Shown piece after piece: positions 36,695 to 50,500 of a DNA stretch of 64,000 nt. Source of the stretch: an uncultured virus (IMG/VR IMGVR_UViG_3300025771_003046). Taxonomy: Duplodnaviria > Heunggongvirae > Uroviricota > Caudoviricetes. The stretch's first letter is position 1. Each line of letters begins with the position of its first letter. The notes beneath the pieces were generated by a model. The model had not been told where the DNA came from, made no database searches, and worked only from the letters and a program-made list of their open reading frames with translations. The stretch lies in the IMG/VR virus record IMGVR_UViG_3300025771_003046. One strand, 5' to 3'. The position numbers and the translations under genes are program-made.

Positions 36695-38581
36695 TTATAA
36701 ACTTTCAAGACCTATGTTTACCCATTCAATTGTTGTAATATTAGTGACAGGATCAGTATTTGCCTGCACTTCATAAGTTAAAAGTTGTCTGTTTGGATTT
36801 GTGAATTCGATATTGTTAAACGCAATATCTCGAACCACTGGTTGATTTTCTGTACCATTTTTGTCAACAGCAACCGTTGAAATATTCTTTGCTGTTTCAA
36901 TATTAATTGTAACACTACTATAACTAGTTGTATGTATTCTTGCTATTTTACCAACGTTAACAGATTCAACTGGAAACAGTCCTGCTAAGTAAGAAGCAAC
37001 AATTTCTAGATATGCTAAGTTAGTATCGATACCTGTAACGTCTAATGCCATAGCTAATGGCTGTGTTAATGTTGTATTATCGACATATACTTTGTTAGCA
37101 GCATCACCTGGATTCTGTGGTGTAGCAATACCACTTATTCTAGCAACAGGGTTAATTTGTAACTGGCCGCCTGTAGTAAATGTAATATTACCTGTAGCTT
37201 GTAAATTTAAATTACCTGTTGCTAAAACAGTATTGCCGTCTATGTTAATGTTATCTACATCTAAATACACCAATGTACCTAGTCTAACTAAATCATCTGC
37301 AAAGTTAATGTTTTGTAAACTGTTTTCTGTTAATTTAATACTACCGTTAATTCTATAACTTAGCGATTCACTTGTTAAATTTAAATCTTTGTTTGATTCC
37401 CAAGCGTTTGAATCGTATTCCCATAAGAACGTTTTATCGCCCTGTGTAGATCTAACAATAATACCACCGCCGTCTGCAAATAAATCGTCTTGTGCTGTAC
37501 CGTCAGCAGTAACAGCAAGTTTTATCGATTTATCCAAAACTTGCAAGGTTGTAACTTCAACGCTTAATTGCTCACCTTCAACAATTAAGTTGCCTGTTAT
37601 TCGTGTATCACCTTCAACATCTAGCGTATATAACGGAAGTCGATCAATATTCATTATACCAACTCTACCTTCACTAGCATCAATGTATACAGCGTTAGTT
37701 AAGTTACCTAAGTTAGCCCCAGACACAACTCTTAATGCAAGGTCACTATTTGAGATAGGATTTTCGATAAAGAAATTAGCACCCTGTGGACGCATACTCA
37801 TAATCGTGTTAGTAGTATTTGAGAATATTAAACCGTTTGTGTTTCTTATTTCTAATCTACCAGTTGTTAAACTATCAATATCAGATCTAATAAACTGATC
37901 AGCATTGAGTAATTGTCCGTCAGTTGTTGCTAAGTTTGAAGTACTTTCAGCAGTACCAATAAACTTAAAATTTACTTTATCGTATACGTTAAACCCTTTG
38001 AATATAATACCATTAGGATTACTTGCTGATACAAGTGCTGGAATTCTAGCCACTACAGCAGGTGTAAATTCTATGTTACTAAATAAACCAACTTCTTCGT
38101 TATTGATGTATAGTTTTGCAATTGTAATCTCAACTTCTGTAATACTTTTAATAGTTTCAACGAAGAAACCTGTTTTACCTTGGTTTTTAGTAAAACTCGG
38201 TCCAATTAATAATGGATCGCCGCCGCCATCAAAAAAGTATAACTGGTCATCACTATTGTTAAACCAAAAGTCACCAGCTGCTAATCCAATAGGCTGTGTT
38301 GACTGAATAAACGGTTCGCCTGTTGATTTCCATTCTACACCAGTATAAATTTTTAACTGGTTGTTTGCGCTATCCCACCATAACTGCCCTGTCAACGGAT
38401 TGCTTGGTGCAGCAGTATTCGAAAAGTTTTCAAGCAATTTGATAAAGTTTTCATTAAAAACTTCACCGTAGCCCCTATACCCTCTACCTACAAGCGTTAA
38501 GTTTGTACTTGTAGTATCAATCTTTCCGTCAATTAAGTCTACTAGTACTGTACCGTTTGTTTTATTTAATTGATAGCTCAT
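36695..38581 (-). CDS. Tail fibre / baseplate-attached fibre protein
   Basis: Same N-terminal domain (LLENFS...GQLWWD); LDVEGDTRITGNLIVEG fibre-shaft motifs. Confidence 0.75.
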   Translation of the reverse strand: MSYQLNKTNGTVLVDLIDGKIDTTSTNLTLVGRGYRGYGEVFNENFIKLLENFSNTAAPSNPLTGQLWWDSANNQLKIYTGVEWKSTGEPFIQSTQPIGLAAGDFWFNNSDDQLYFFDGGGDPLLIGPSFTKNQGKTGFFVETIKSITEVEITIAKLYINNEEVGLFSNIEFTPAVVARIPALVSASNPNGIIFKGFNVYDKVNFKFIGTAESTSNLATTDGQLLNADQFIRSDIDSLTTGRLEIRNTNGLIFSNTTNTIMSMRPQGANFFIENPISNSDLALRVVSGANLGNLTNAVYIDASEGRVGIMNIDRLPLYTLDVEGDTRITGNLIVEGEQLSVEVTTLQVLDKSIKLAVTADGTAQDDLFADGGGIIVRSTQGDKTFLWEYDSNAWESNKDLNLTSESLSYRINGSIKLTENSLQNINFADDLVRLGTLVYLDVDNINIDGNTVLATGNLNLQATGNITFTTGGQLQINPVARISGIATPQNPGDAANKVYVDNTTLTQPLAMALDVTGIDTNLAYLEIVASYLAGLFPVESVNVGKIARIHTTSYSSVTINIETAKNISTVAVDKNGTENQPVVRDIAFNNIEFTNPNRQLLTYEVQANTDPVTNITTIEWVNIGLESL

Positions 38582-40947
38582 GTTGATGTTCCTGCGTATA
38601 TAATATAATTTAATGCCAAGTAGGGGTTCATAACATTAAGTGGTGAACCTAAGGCACCGCCTGTTTCTATACCTCCTGTAGTTGTTTTTCCTTGATAACC
38701 CGAGGCACCTGCTTCTATAGATATAGGAATACCGTCTGGATCGGTTAATAACTGCCCCGGGTTATCTGGATCCTGTGCTTTCTGACTGATAGCATAGAAT
38801 TGAGATTCGTCACCTTCTAAAGTATGATCATGGTCTGGTAAATTCTGTGTATTAATTGCATATGATTGATTTCCTTGTGATTGACCTATTGTATCTGGGC
38901 CGCCGCCTTCAAATGCAATACCTGTAAAGCTAAATGTAGCAATTCCACCTACAGTTAATGAGTTAATTGTAATTACTAGATCATGAGTAGGTGTAGCGCC
39001 GCCGAATATAACTCCAGAAATTGTAACTTTTTCTGCAACTGTATATCCAGTACCTGGATTAGTAACTTGTACATTATAATTTCCAGCATTAAGTTGTACA
39101 CTGAATACAGCGCCAGAACCAGTACCCGTTGTTGATGTTTGCTGAACGTTTGTAAAACTTGCAACTGATCCAGTAACACGGTTTGCTGCTTGGCCGCCCA
39201 TATTATCAACACCTAAAGGAAATCTACCTCTTAAATCAGGTAATCCGAATTTTAAATCTCCGCCATCGCTAACTAAACTTGCTGATTTAAAGTTATGTCC
39301 TATCACTTGCCATAGTTCGTTGTAGTCAGTTTTAAATACTTCTTGCCCTGTGCATAGTAACCAACCTGCAGGCGCTGTAACACCTGCATATGGCATAATA
39401 CTACCGACCGGTGTAATAGGCACAGATGACAATAAATCAACTTTGTTTACTTTATACAGTCCTGAATCTGCTCCTGTAGTTTTGTTAATTAACAGTTCGT
39501 CTGTGTTACTGATTAAATCAGCTCTAAGTCTTGTTTTACTAGCAACGATATCGTTTGATATTGAAACTTCAAATACCTTTTCAGATCCTGACTGTCCGTC
39601 AAACTCAAAACTATTACTTGTAAAATCGCCTTGCATTCTAAATGTAGTTGCATTAGTTAATTTATCAGCAGTAGTTGATCTACCAGTAACATTACCAGTA
39701 ACATTACCAGTAACATTTCCTAAAAATGATTCTGCATACATTCTCTTAAAAGGAGCATCTGACGATCCTATATCGTAAGAGTTAATTTCTAGTGCAGGCA
39801 ATATATGGGCATTTACTATAGTGCTTCCTGCAATGTTTATACTGCCGCCGATATGTAAATCTTGAGCAATCCCAGCGCCGCCTTTTACTACAAGAGAGCC
39901 TGAACTAAAGTTAATAGCATTTTCAGTATTACTAGCTTCTATTTTACCTGTGTTAGTAGGATCTGTTGTATCAACTGTTGCTTTAATATTACCTATAACA
40001 TCAAGTGCCTGACTTGGTGCAAGGTTATTAATGCCTACCCTTTCTTCACTATTGACTCTTAAAACAGTATTAAAAGATTGATCTACATCTTTAAGTATTA
40101 AATCGATTGAAGATATTTGGTTATTGTTTTTTAATTCAACTGACGTACCATTTACACCTATCTGGAATTGGCTATCTGTTCCAAGTTTAAATCCAGAGTT
40201 ATTATTGATTGTAAGTTGTTCGTTTAAAATTGCACGAGAATCAGTTCTTATAAATTTTTCAGCAGCAACTTCAACTGCGCCGCTACTTTCAACAACTATT
40301 AGTCCTTTAGCACTTTCAGCTACACCAATAAATTTTATAGGATTATCTATACTACCTTCATTACGTAAATTAAAACCTTTCTTAAGAGTACCAAACCCAC
40401 TGATAGCAGTTTTAGGTGTAAATTCTTCTGCACTTACAATAGCATATGGTATATCCTGTATATACATAATGAATATACTTTTGCTTAGATTATCAATGTC
40501 TAAAACAGTTTGTGCTCTGCCGCCTGTAAGTAGTCCTGTTCCTGCTTCAGGTCCAATTAACAACCAAGTATTTCCTGAAAAGATATATAATTGTTGGTTA
40601 ACTGTATCAACCCATAAGTCGCCCGGTGACGACTGATTAGATAATGGCTGTGAAGCTGCTTTTACAAATCCACTTGCCGTGCGCCATTGAGCACTATCAT
40701 ATATTTTTAATTGATCAATGCCGGCTGAAGTATCATACCATAATTGTCCTTCAACAGGGTTACTAGGTTCAGATGCACCTGCAAAGTTTTCTAGTAAATG
40801 TAGAAAATTATCAGCAATTGCTTGGCCATAACCAATTGCACCTTTACCTGGAAATTTTAAACTAGTATCGATTAAGTTAATTTCTCCGTCACTGATTTCA
40901 ATAGATCCCTTATTTACAAAGTCTGTAAATCTAACTATATAAGGCAT
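38578..40947 (-). CDS. Tail fibre protein with phage tail-collar domain (T4 gp12-like)
   Basis: Shared N-terminus; PVGSIMPYAG..APAGWLLCTG...LPDLRGRFPLG collar; LPDHDH; C-terminal MNPYLALNYIIY. Confidence 0.85.
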   Translation of the reverse strand: MPYIVRFTDFVNKGSIEISDGEINLIDTSLKFPGKGAIGYGQAIADNFLHLLENFAGASEPSNPVEGQLWYDTSAGIDQLKIYDSAQWRTASGFVKAASQPLSNQSSPGDLWVDTVNQQLYIFSGNTWLLIGPEAGTGLLTGGRAQTVLDIDNLSKSIFIMYIQDIPYAIVSAEEFTPKTAISGFGTLKKGFNLRNEGSIDNPIKFIGVAESAKGLIVVESSGAVEVAAEKFIRTDSRAILNEQLTINNNSGFKLGTDSQFQIGVNGTSVELKNNNQISSIDLILKDVDQSFNTVLRVNSEERVGINNLAPSQALDVIGNIKATVDTTDPTNTGKIEASNTENAINFSSGSLVVKGGAGIAQDLHIGGSINIAGSTIVNAHILPALEINSYDIGSSDAPFKRMYAESFLGNVTGNVTGNVTGRSTTADKLTNATTFRMQGDFTSNSFEFDGQSGSEKVFEVSISNDIVASKTRLRADLISNTDELLINKTTGADSGLYKVNKVDLLSSVPITPVGSIMPYAGVTAPAGWLLCTGQEVFKTDYNELWQVIGHNFKSASLVSDGGDLKFGLPDLRGRFPLGVDNMGGQAANRVTGSVASFTNVQQTSTTGTGSGAVFSVQLNAGNYNVQVTNPGTGYTVAEKVTISGVIFGGATPTHDLVITINSLTVGGIATFSFTGIAFEGGGPDTIGQSQGNQSYAINTQNLPDHDHTLEGDESQFYAISQKAQDPDNPGQLLTDPDGIPISIEAGASGYQGKTTTGGIETGGALGSPLNVMNPYLALNYIIYAGTST
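39681..39716. repeat. 12-bp tandem repeat x3 encoding GNVT repeats
   Basis: TACCAGTAACAT in three exact copies. Confidence 0.9.
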
Positions 40948-41561
40948 TATGCATTACCTCCTGACAAACTCTGTATTCTCACTGTATAGTCAATTTGTAT
41001 TAGTCTGTTTAATGATTTTTGTACAGGGTGAAAAATAACATGTGTAATCAGTTTACCTGATTCATTTGGATCACTTGATTTACTACGCAACCCTAATTCA
41101 TCAAATATATAATCACTAGACAAATTAGTAGCATTATCAAATGCTTCCTGTGCAACAGGCTCTGAATAGTCTAGTAAACAACTTACAAGTATGTCTGTAT
41201 AATTTGTTCCTGTAACGTGTCTAATTTCTAAATAATTGCTTTCTGGATTATTATTAAGCAGTCCGTCGTCAACTACAACTTTTGAATATGTTTGATTATA
41301 AAGACTTGCATTTGCGCCTGTACTGTTTGGTGTTAGATATGTAATAATACCTGTTGGATCAACACTTGTGCCGCCGTTGCCGAAGCTCATTTCGTATATA
41401 AATCCTTTACCCAAGTTTGCCATACTTTCTGCAAGAGCAACACTCATATTTTCGTAGTGTATTGCATTACGCTTTTGTACAAAAACTTCGCCATTGCTAG
41501 GATCGTATATCTTAATATGGCCCTGTACTGCTATTCCGTTTAAATCTGTTATACTGTTCAT
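40947..41561 (-). CDS. Baseplate/tail structural protein
   Basis: GHIKIYD...KRNAIH...FDELGL...THVIFHPVQK; lies between the giant protein and the fibres. Confidence 0.65.
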   Translation of the reverse strand: MNSITDLNGIAVQGHIKIYDPSNGEVFVQKRNAIHYENMSVALAESMANLGKGFIYEMSFGNGGTSVDPTGIITYLTPNSTGANASLYNQTYSKVVVDDGLLNNNPESNYLEIRHVTGTNYTDILVSCLLDYSEPVAQEAFDNATNLSSDYIFDELGLRSKSSDPNESGKLITHVIFHPVQKSLNRLIQIDYTVRIQSLSGGNA

Positions 41562-41586
41562 GTTGTCTTCCTATACAATGTATTTA

Positions 41587-44500
41587 TTAGTTTCCGGATC
41601 TCAGAAAGAACCCGATACTTGTTTCTGTTTCAGTTATTGATTCGCCTATTACGTTCCACATTGAGCCTTTTTTCCTAGTTACTACAATGTTTCTAGTAGC
41701 AAACTCTAGCAATGACGAATTAGTAATATCAATTATTGCTTGTACTGGTGTGTCGTTTTCAATTACATACGATAATGTAAAATCTGCTGCTACATCTTCA
41801 TCACCTTCAGGCGAGTCTTGTGCTATATTAGGATTATATAATTTAGACGTTTTACCAGTTAGTCTAATACCATTAATAAAGATTTCAAACTCATCGACAG
41901 AATTAGGTATAAACCCTAATTCAAATGTACTTGCAACTGAAGATACATCTGCACTATCAACTGTTTGTGTTTGCGTTACATCTTCATATGTAATATTTTT
42001 TGTTCTACTTTGATCATACACTGGTGTACCTAGTGGATGTACATCACGCACTCCTGTACCAAGCGTTCCTCGACGTATTAGTCTAAGTCTATTTTCATCC
42101 TTAACTAGGTATTCAATACGCTCCTTACCTATCCAAAGCACCCCAGGTAAATTTAATTCTCTATCTGGTTCTGGTAAGTTAGTTGCATCTTTAACTTCAA
42201 TTTGTAAATCATACTGCGTAAGTTCTTTTGAAAGTTTAGTTGTTGGGCTATCAATACGCTTATAAGTTGTATTATTTGTTATGTCTTTAAAGATTCTATA
42301 ACTATATACTGCACTATCTTCTCCTTTAGTAGTAACTTGCATATCGAGTGTATCTTGCACTTGTCCTGGAACTAGTTCTTCAACACTTTTTGCACTTTCA
42401 GGAGTAACAAAGTTATCACCATCAATTATAATGTCTTCAGGTCTTTGTCCACTTGCATTTAAATAGTTTAAATCACCACCACTAATATCAGTATCATAAG
42501 TTGCACCGTAAGGTAAAATACTACCATCGCTTGTAACTTTTCTTACAACAATCTTTACATATGATTCTCCTTCTCTAATTGCAGTCATTATTCCTAAGTC
42601 ATTTAGATTAATTACCTGTGTTTCACCGTCGCCGACTAATGTTTGACAAGTTGCGTTTAGATTAGATTGTTGGGCAGTACCAAAGTTTTCGTCATCGTGT
42701 CTAATGTTACTAAAGATATTATCATTAGAATCTATACCAATCCTGTAAATGTTATATGACACATCTAATTCTAGTGCTCTAGGTAATATTATACTTGTAC
42801 TAGAACCGTCAAGTTCTACAATTAGATCTTCTAATTCTTCATCAGTATCATAGTCAAAATCAGTCCATTCGCCGTTGCCCCAGCCACGTGCTGTTCCAAA
42901 ATCTAAAGTATCAATTTGTACACCAGCATAATCAATACCATCCATTAATTGTGCTGCATCTTTACTAATCATATTATCATTTGGATTATACGCAAACTTA
43001 ATTCTATCAATAGCATTTAATATTTCTAAACTTTTGTTATAGACAATAGTAACAGTATCGCCTACACCAGCCGGTGTACTTAATACAACTCGACCTTTAT
43101 ATCTTGTATAACCTTTGGACATATCTTGAATATTAGTTACTGAATATTGTCCTGATAATACCTCGGTATTGTTAATGTATACTACATAAGTACTATTTAA
43201 AACTTGCATCGGCCATTCTAAATCAAACACTGTTTGTGTTCCTGTTCCGGTAAACGATTGTGTGTGCTCTAATGTATTTACAGATTGGGTTAGTACTGGC
43301 CAATTTCTATCAAATTTAATTGTAGATCTAATTGTTCTAGGTTTACTTCTACCTAAGACAGGGTAAGCTGTTGCTTGAACTCCTTCTGAATTAGGAGGAG
43401 GTGCTATTTGAATAGTTGGTATTGATGTATAGCCTTCACCTGGATATACAATTTTTAATCCGGTAATATTCCCGTACCCAATAAATGCTTCTATTACTGC
43501 GCCGCTGCCGCCGCCGCCGATAACTTCGACTGCTGGCTTTGTTGTATATTCTGTGCCGCTATTTGTAATTTTAATATCGGTAATTTCAAAGCCAACATTA
43601 TCTAACCAATTACGTCTTGGATATTCTGTAATATTATCATCGGTTGTTACTATTTCTCCGTTTGTAATTTTAACATTATTAGGAACTATCTTTTCTTTTA
43701 TATCATCATAGTAAGTAGGTAAATCAAAATCAGTAACGGAAGTATTTGTTTCTTCTGTTTTTGTATGATTACTAATAAATTCTCTTAATACAGTTTTAAA
43801 AGGTTTTACTTCTTCTATATAAGACTTATAATTATCCAAATTATCAACATTAAATGTTATATCTTGTTCTAATGTACTTGCATGATGCTTTACTTTAACA
43901 AAACTTGTTTTAAAGAACCAGTCCACTGAACGCTGTTCGTTCAAGATATATCTTAATGACGAAATAAACAACTGGTTATATTCATTTTGCAAGTTTCCGA
44001 CAAATATATCGTCTCTAATTGCTTCTAATATTATTCTTAATTCAATTCTAGGATCTTTATCAAAACTAAAATTATCAAAACTTCTATTATCAAATCCTGT
44101 GCTAGAATTTACGCCATAAAGCGAAGGTAAAAGTTTAATTGTACCATTCTGTCTGCCAATAGTATCGTAAACTTGTGTAAAATCTTCATTATCTGTTGTA
44201 GACTTTCTTTTAAGCAATAACCAGCCCCCTGTGCCTACATTTTCAACTTTTATAATTTGACCTAATTTTGCATTAGTTCCTTCTATTTGATATGTGCCCT
44301 TTATGTAATGGTCAACCTTTGATAATGCATTATATCCAGCTGCATACCAATCAATATACTGCCAATATCTCGGAACAGAATAACTTTGTACTCTTGTTTT
44401 TTGCCATGTTTCTTCAGTAGAATTATATCTATAAATAGCCCAAGAATTATCAGATAGTGTATTATCAGTTATAACAAGAGCGCTATATGCTCTTACTGTA

Positions 44501-47500
44501 ATACTAGTATTATTATCATAGTTTGATCCATTGTTAGTAAGATTTACACGGGTTATTTGTCCTAGATTATTAATTTCTATTTCAAAATTAGCATCTTGTC
44601 CTATGCCGTTTATTGTATAAGTAGGAGGCACTTTATATCCTCTACCAGGATCTAATATCTGTACGTTAGTTATTTTACCGTTGGTTATAACTGGTTTTAA
44701 AATTGGTGTTTTTATTTTCGAGTTAATAGAAGTAAGTTCAGTTTCATTATTAAATGTAACATCAAATAATCCAGAATTAATAGTAGGTAATTCGTCAACT
44801 AAATTTAAACGTTGCATATCAATATTGTCAACTATATTATTGTTTTCTAGAACTATATTAACCCTATCAACAAGATTTTTTAAAGCCTCTACTCTATTTT
44901 TAAACATGCCTTGACGTGGATTATTTTGTATACCGTATCTGTTTTTCTCTAATAGTGCAGGATCGGGTATAGTCCTATCTGATTTATCAAAACCAATTAG
45001 ACTATCAAACCATTTTGTTTCGATAATTGGATGCGGTGCACTATTTTTTAAACCATCTGAAAGAATTTGATAAGCATCATGTTCATTTTGATTACGATTA
45101 TCCTGTATGTGATACCTAATATTTAAAACTATATCATCATTTGTAATTAAACTATCGCAATTATTTAAAGATATACCATTAGAACTTAAGAAACTTATAA
45201 ATCTATACCCCTGCTCTCTCGGTGTTGCAATTAATCTTGCAATATCTAAAGCGGAAATTGTTCTGTTAGTATCTGTTTTAGGAACACTATTTTTATTGCG
45301 CACCCAGTAGTAGTAAATTTCACTAAATGTCTGACTGTCATTGTCGTATATAAAGCGTTTACTAAACTGTGTATCGCCGTATAATGTTGTTCCAGAAATG
45401 CCGAGTGTCGAACCTTCTGGTAAATTTGATAATTCGTCCCATGTGCTAGGCAAATAAACAGATTCTACCCATTCATAAACATCTACTGATGCGTCAGGCT
45501 GTAATTCATTCCAATTATCTTTTTGGTATTGTATAGACTTTTGATATGGATATGTAAATTTACATTTAGATATATCCCACCAAATTTTTCCAACATGGTC
45601 ATCTGACCAAAATACTGTATCAGCAGCATCACCGACATTATACGATGCAGGATCATAAGGTGTTTTATAAGTAATATTCTTTTCTGCAGGTCCTGCAATC
45701 TTTCCTTGTATTGGATCAATAAAGTCTAGGTAAGAAACAATTTCATCACGGGTTTTATTATACAAAAATGCACTCTTAATTTTTTTAATATCTACAGGAT
45801 CTGATATTTGTCTAGTTACTGTCCAAGTCTTTGCATCGTAGGTTTTCCTATAATTAAAAAACTCACCTTGATACTGATTATTATCTTGAGCCGATGCACC
45901 AATATACAAATGATTTCCATTAATCTTTACATTTTGTTCAGCATTATCGTCGATTACTCCGTAGGTAATTCTTTCTGCAAAAATTAAGTTATTGTTAACT
46001 TCTTCATAATAATATACTACTCCTTGATCGTAAACTTCAGGAGTAAATATTCCGTTTACTATAAAATCAGTACTATCGTCAATAAACACCCTAGCATCTA
46101 AACTACCAATGGCTAAATTTTCTTCGCCAAAGGACAAAGTATATCCAAACTTTTTGGTTGTAAACACAGACGGTGGTGTAATAATTTGTGGATTGTTTAC
46201 ATCAAACTGTCCGCTAACAAAATTATATATGTGTACTGAACCAATTCCATCTAAAGTTCTCGAGACTGCTAATTTATTCCCTTGTGGATTTAATTTAAAA
46301 CTAGTTGCAAACCCTACATTGCCATCGGTATCATCTATAGTTTGTTGATATCTATACCTTCCATTATCAAGCACATAAACTACCAACGCAATAGAATTTC
46401 CTGTTTGTGAAATTTTTGTTATTAAAATATTTGCATTTTCACTAACAATAAAGTCATCACTAAACAATACTATATCAGTGTTATCAAACTGCGCATCGCC
46501 AGTTATTAGACTTGACGTTATCCAAGGAATATATCCAATATATTCCACGTTGTTATCAACTGCTGTCCAACTTGCATCAGTTGAAAGATCTCCGATAGTT
46601 GCCGAGGTAATTATATTTGTTTTTGCTTTATATAATCCATTGTTATACAGTACAACACTTCCTTTTCCATATTCTGAATTTATTGCGATAGTACCTCGGT
46701 ATTTTTCATCAGTAGTTCTCCTCCAACTAATATCTTCCCAACTATTGCTATCATCAATGTCATTATCAGAAGTTAATGTTGTTCTTGCTCTATAATATCT
46801 TCCTTCGTTGCTTACTGTTTCACCTATGACATAATTTTCATTAGAATTATATTTTCCTCTATAATTCGTTACATCTATAGGTCCATGTTCAAAGAAAGTT
46901 ATTATTCCTGAATTTTCTTCTGTGCCCGAACCTTTACTCGAAACACACAACTTATAACCATTATTAGAATTTAATATTTTAACCTTTTTACCAAAATTTT
47001 CATTTAATACGTTAAAGTTAAATTCACTTACTAAAACTTGATTAAGAACATAATTATTGATGCCTGACTTACTATAGATAGCCACGGCTCCTACACCATT
47101 TAAACTAGGATTACCTGCTTCGTTTGTTTCAATATGATAGATTTGAGACCAGTCTAAGTTTAAAGAACTCGGAGCGCTTGCAGTAATTTCTGAAGCAAGT
47201 GTCTGAGTAAGTACAGTATAAAAATAATATTCTTGATCAAAAATTTCGCTATATTGAGAATAAGCAAAATCATTATCAGCTTCGAATACTAAAAACTTTC
47301 CGGCATCGCCTGATGGTACAACAGTGTCTGCATTAAAATCGTTTATTTCACCTATAAGCCTGTTTACTTCTCTTACTGTGCCGTCAGTTGTTGTACCTGC
47401 TAGTCTAAGTATTTGAACTTGTGCAATATTTGGCTCTAAGTCCCACAATCCACTATTAATTTTAATATATACTCTTACCTTTTGAAAGTCAACACCTGTA

Positions 47501-50500
47501 TTTCTTTTTATATAGACAATAGTAGCTTCATGATCTGTTGGTGTTGGATTTGTGCTAGGTTGACCATTTATGTCTAGTGGTCGTTGCACATCTTGTATTA
47601 CATCACCAACCTTTAAACCGTATATTGTTCCTTCAAAATTAGTGTATCCAGAAAAATCAATATCAATGTACCCATCCCATACATCATATACAGTTTGAGT
47701 TTTATTAGTAATAGCATGTGTAATTCCGCTTGCAGATACATCAATAGCATTTTCATAATTATACATATAAAATTCGTATGACGGATTTGAACTACTACCG
47801 ATACCTACTAGATTACTACTTACACTGTTTGACAAATTAGTAGGTACTCGTACAATCCATTTATCTGATAAAACTATTCCGTTATCAGGATCGTTGTATG
47901 TTAATTGATCAATTATATTAACTCTATCTCTAGCTAGATTAACTTCTCCTATACTGTTTACTGTATCTAAGACATTAACATAGTCAATTCTTGTCTGAGT
48001 ACCTGCATTGTAATTACTTGCTTCTAATACATCAAGATATACTAATCCTTTTCCAGTTTCAAACGGAGTATTAGTAGAAGTGTATACTGGCGAGTCAATT
48101 AACCATAAGCCAAATTCTTCAGAAGTTTCACCTAACGTAACTTCAGTATATGTACCAATCGGTGCAGTTAGATCGTTTGCAAAATCATATAAATTTAAAA
48201 AATCAGTAGTATCAAAAGTTCCCTTTTCGTCTTTTAAATAAATCATAAGATCAGTTGACGTTGCTTTAACTTTTGCTACAGTTGCAGATCCAGTACTAGA
48301 TTGTACTATATCACCAGTATCAACTGTTCTTAAATAATCATTAATTATTATAATTCTAGTAATTTTTTCTTGTATGCGATGCCATCCAGAAACAAAGTCT
48401 GTAGATATACCAAATGTACTTAATGTATCATTCCATGGTTTATATACTGAAGTTAGTGAACCGTTAACGTATGATAATTCATTCCATTTTAGTCTTATAT
48501 AGTCTCCAGTTGTGGTGGCAATATGCTGAGCAAGAGGAGCTCTTACAAGAATATGATCATTACCGGACGTTGAGCCTAGTCCAGGATATGCTTGAGAAAG
48601 TAACGTTAAGTTTGTACTATCTTGATCTATTCTAGATTCTATGTTAATATAACTATCATATGTTTCAAAAGTCTGTGTTGTTCCTTCTTGTACAATATTT
48701 CTATTTGCACGCCATAACGACTCTTTATATTTTACAATATCTCTTTTAGAATACAATACATTAGATACATAGTCGCCTTTATATTTTGTTTTAATTTGAC
48801 TAGCCCCAGGAATACCTATTGCTAAAAATTCTCCATCATCACTAACAGATACAGACTTACCGTATTTGGCATTTTCTGTACTAAAAGGCAATTCTAAACT
48901 TGTAAAAGTTTGTACAAATTCATGTGCAGTATCTTCTCTATTTCGTGTATAGTAAAATACTTTACCATTACCGCTTTCAGGCGATGACAAAAATAAATCT
49001 TTATTATTGCTACTTATAGCAAAGTCACTTGCATAGTCTGTAAAAACTTCTAAGTTAGTGCTGTCTTCAGGATCTTCAGGATTAACAATTGACCCTAACA
49101 CCTTATAAGATGGTGTATTTTCTAATACTGCCCAGCGATTTTCTCCTGCATAGTTATCTATCCATACTCGCTGACTTTCAAACTTAGACTCTCTAGCAAT
49201 AGTATTAAATTCTTCAAAGTTACTAGCTCTTACTTTTTTAATTGTATAAATGTCAAAGTTTTCTGAATCAAAGTCAATTATGTTGTTGTCTTCAGATACT
49301 CTGATAAAAATTTGATTATCTATGTAACTTATTACTTCATAAAAAGAAAATACATTATAAAGTTGTGCACCTACAATAGCAACGTAGTCTCCTGATTCTA
49401 AATTAAATCCTTGATTCTCTGTAAGAGTTATAGTTGCATAATATTGATTAGATTCATCAGGAGTTGCAAATACAGAAAGACTAGCGGAGTTAACTTCAAG
49501 ATCTATAATTTGATATACATTCCAGTTATTTGGATTTTCGAATGTAACCCATATGTATTGTTCGATGTTCATTTGATTAATGTCAACATCTTTTAGGTCA
49601 GTTATTGCTGCTGTTTTAAAATCAATATCATCTTCATGAACATAACCACCAGATAAAATATATTCTTTATTAGTAGTAGTTGGGAATGTGTTTACATTAA
49701 AATCCTGCGGTTTATCTAAAAGATCAAACGGTCTTACTCTGTAAGTTTTGTCAAATGTTTCTTCAGGTAGATATTCTACAAATTCAATCGATTGCGGAGA
49801 CTCTCTTAAATTGCTTTGTGTTATAGGTATTTCTATCTGTTTAATATTATCTGTCGAACCGTACTTTCCTACCTGTAGTGCCCATTCTTCGTAAAACTCT
49901 AAACCTTGTCCTCTAATAGAATTAAACAATTTATCAAGAGCATTCATAGTTCCTTTATCTTGGATATAACCTTGATAAAATTTATATTGACTTACATCAT
50001 CTTGTATAATATTTGACAAGTATTCTCTTTTTTGGTAGCCAATTAAATGCTGTGCCATCTTTTGTTGTTCTAAATCAAAGTTATCAGTATCGAGATCATA
50101 GAAGTCAGCAAACTGATTAATTTTGTATTCAAAGTTAGCTATTAGTTTTGATTCAGGTTTTTCATTTAACCTTACCCAATTAGTAAATTCAAAATTATAC
50201 GACCCTGCTACTTCATTATTAGCAACATAATAGTACTCTTTGTATTTTACAACACTTCCGATGTTATAGTCTTGCCATCTTGTCCATTCAGTAACGTGAG
50301 TATCGTCGTATATAAATCCAGGTATATTTAATCCGCCTAACCAGTTGTCACTGCGATAACCTAGAACCTTTAAACGTTCTTGTCTATATCCAGTTCTCGG
50401 TTGATAAATTTTATCATTAAACACTGTTTCGTTATCAATTATTACAACATGTTCTTTTTGCACTAATGGCAGTGCTAAATTATAAATTCCGCTGTCAGTA

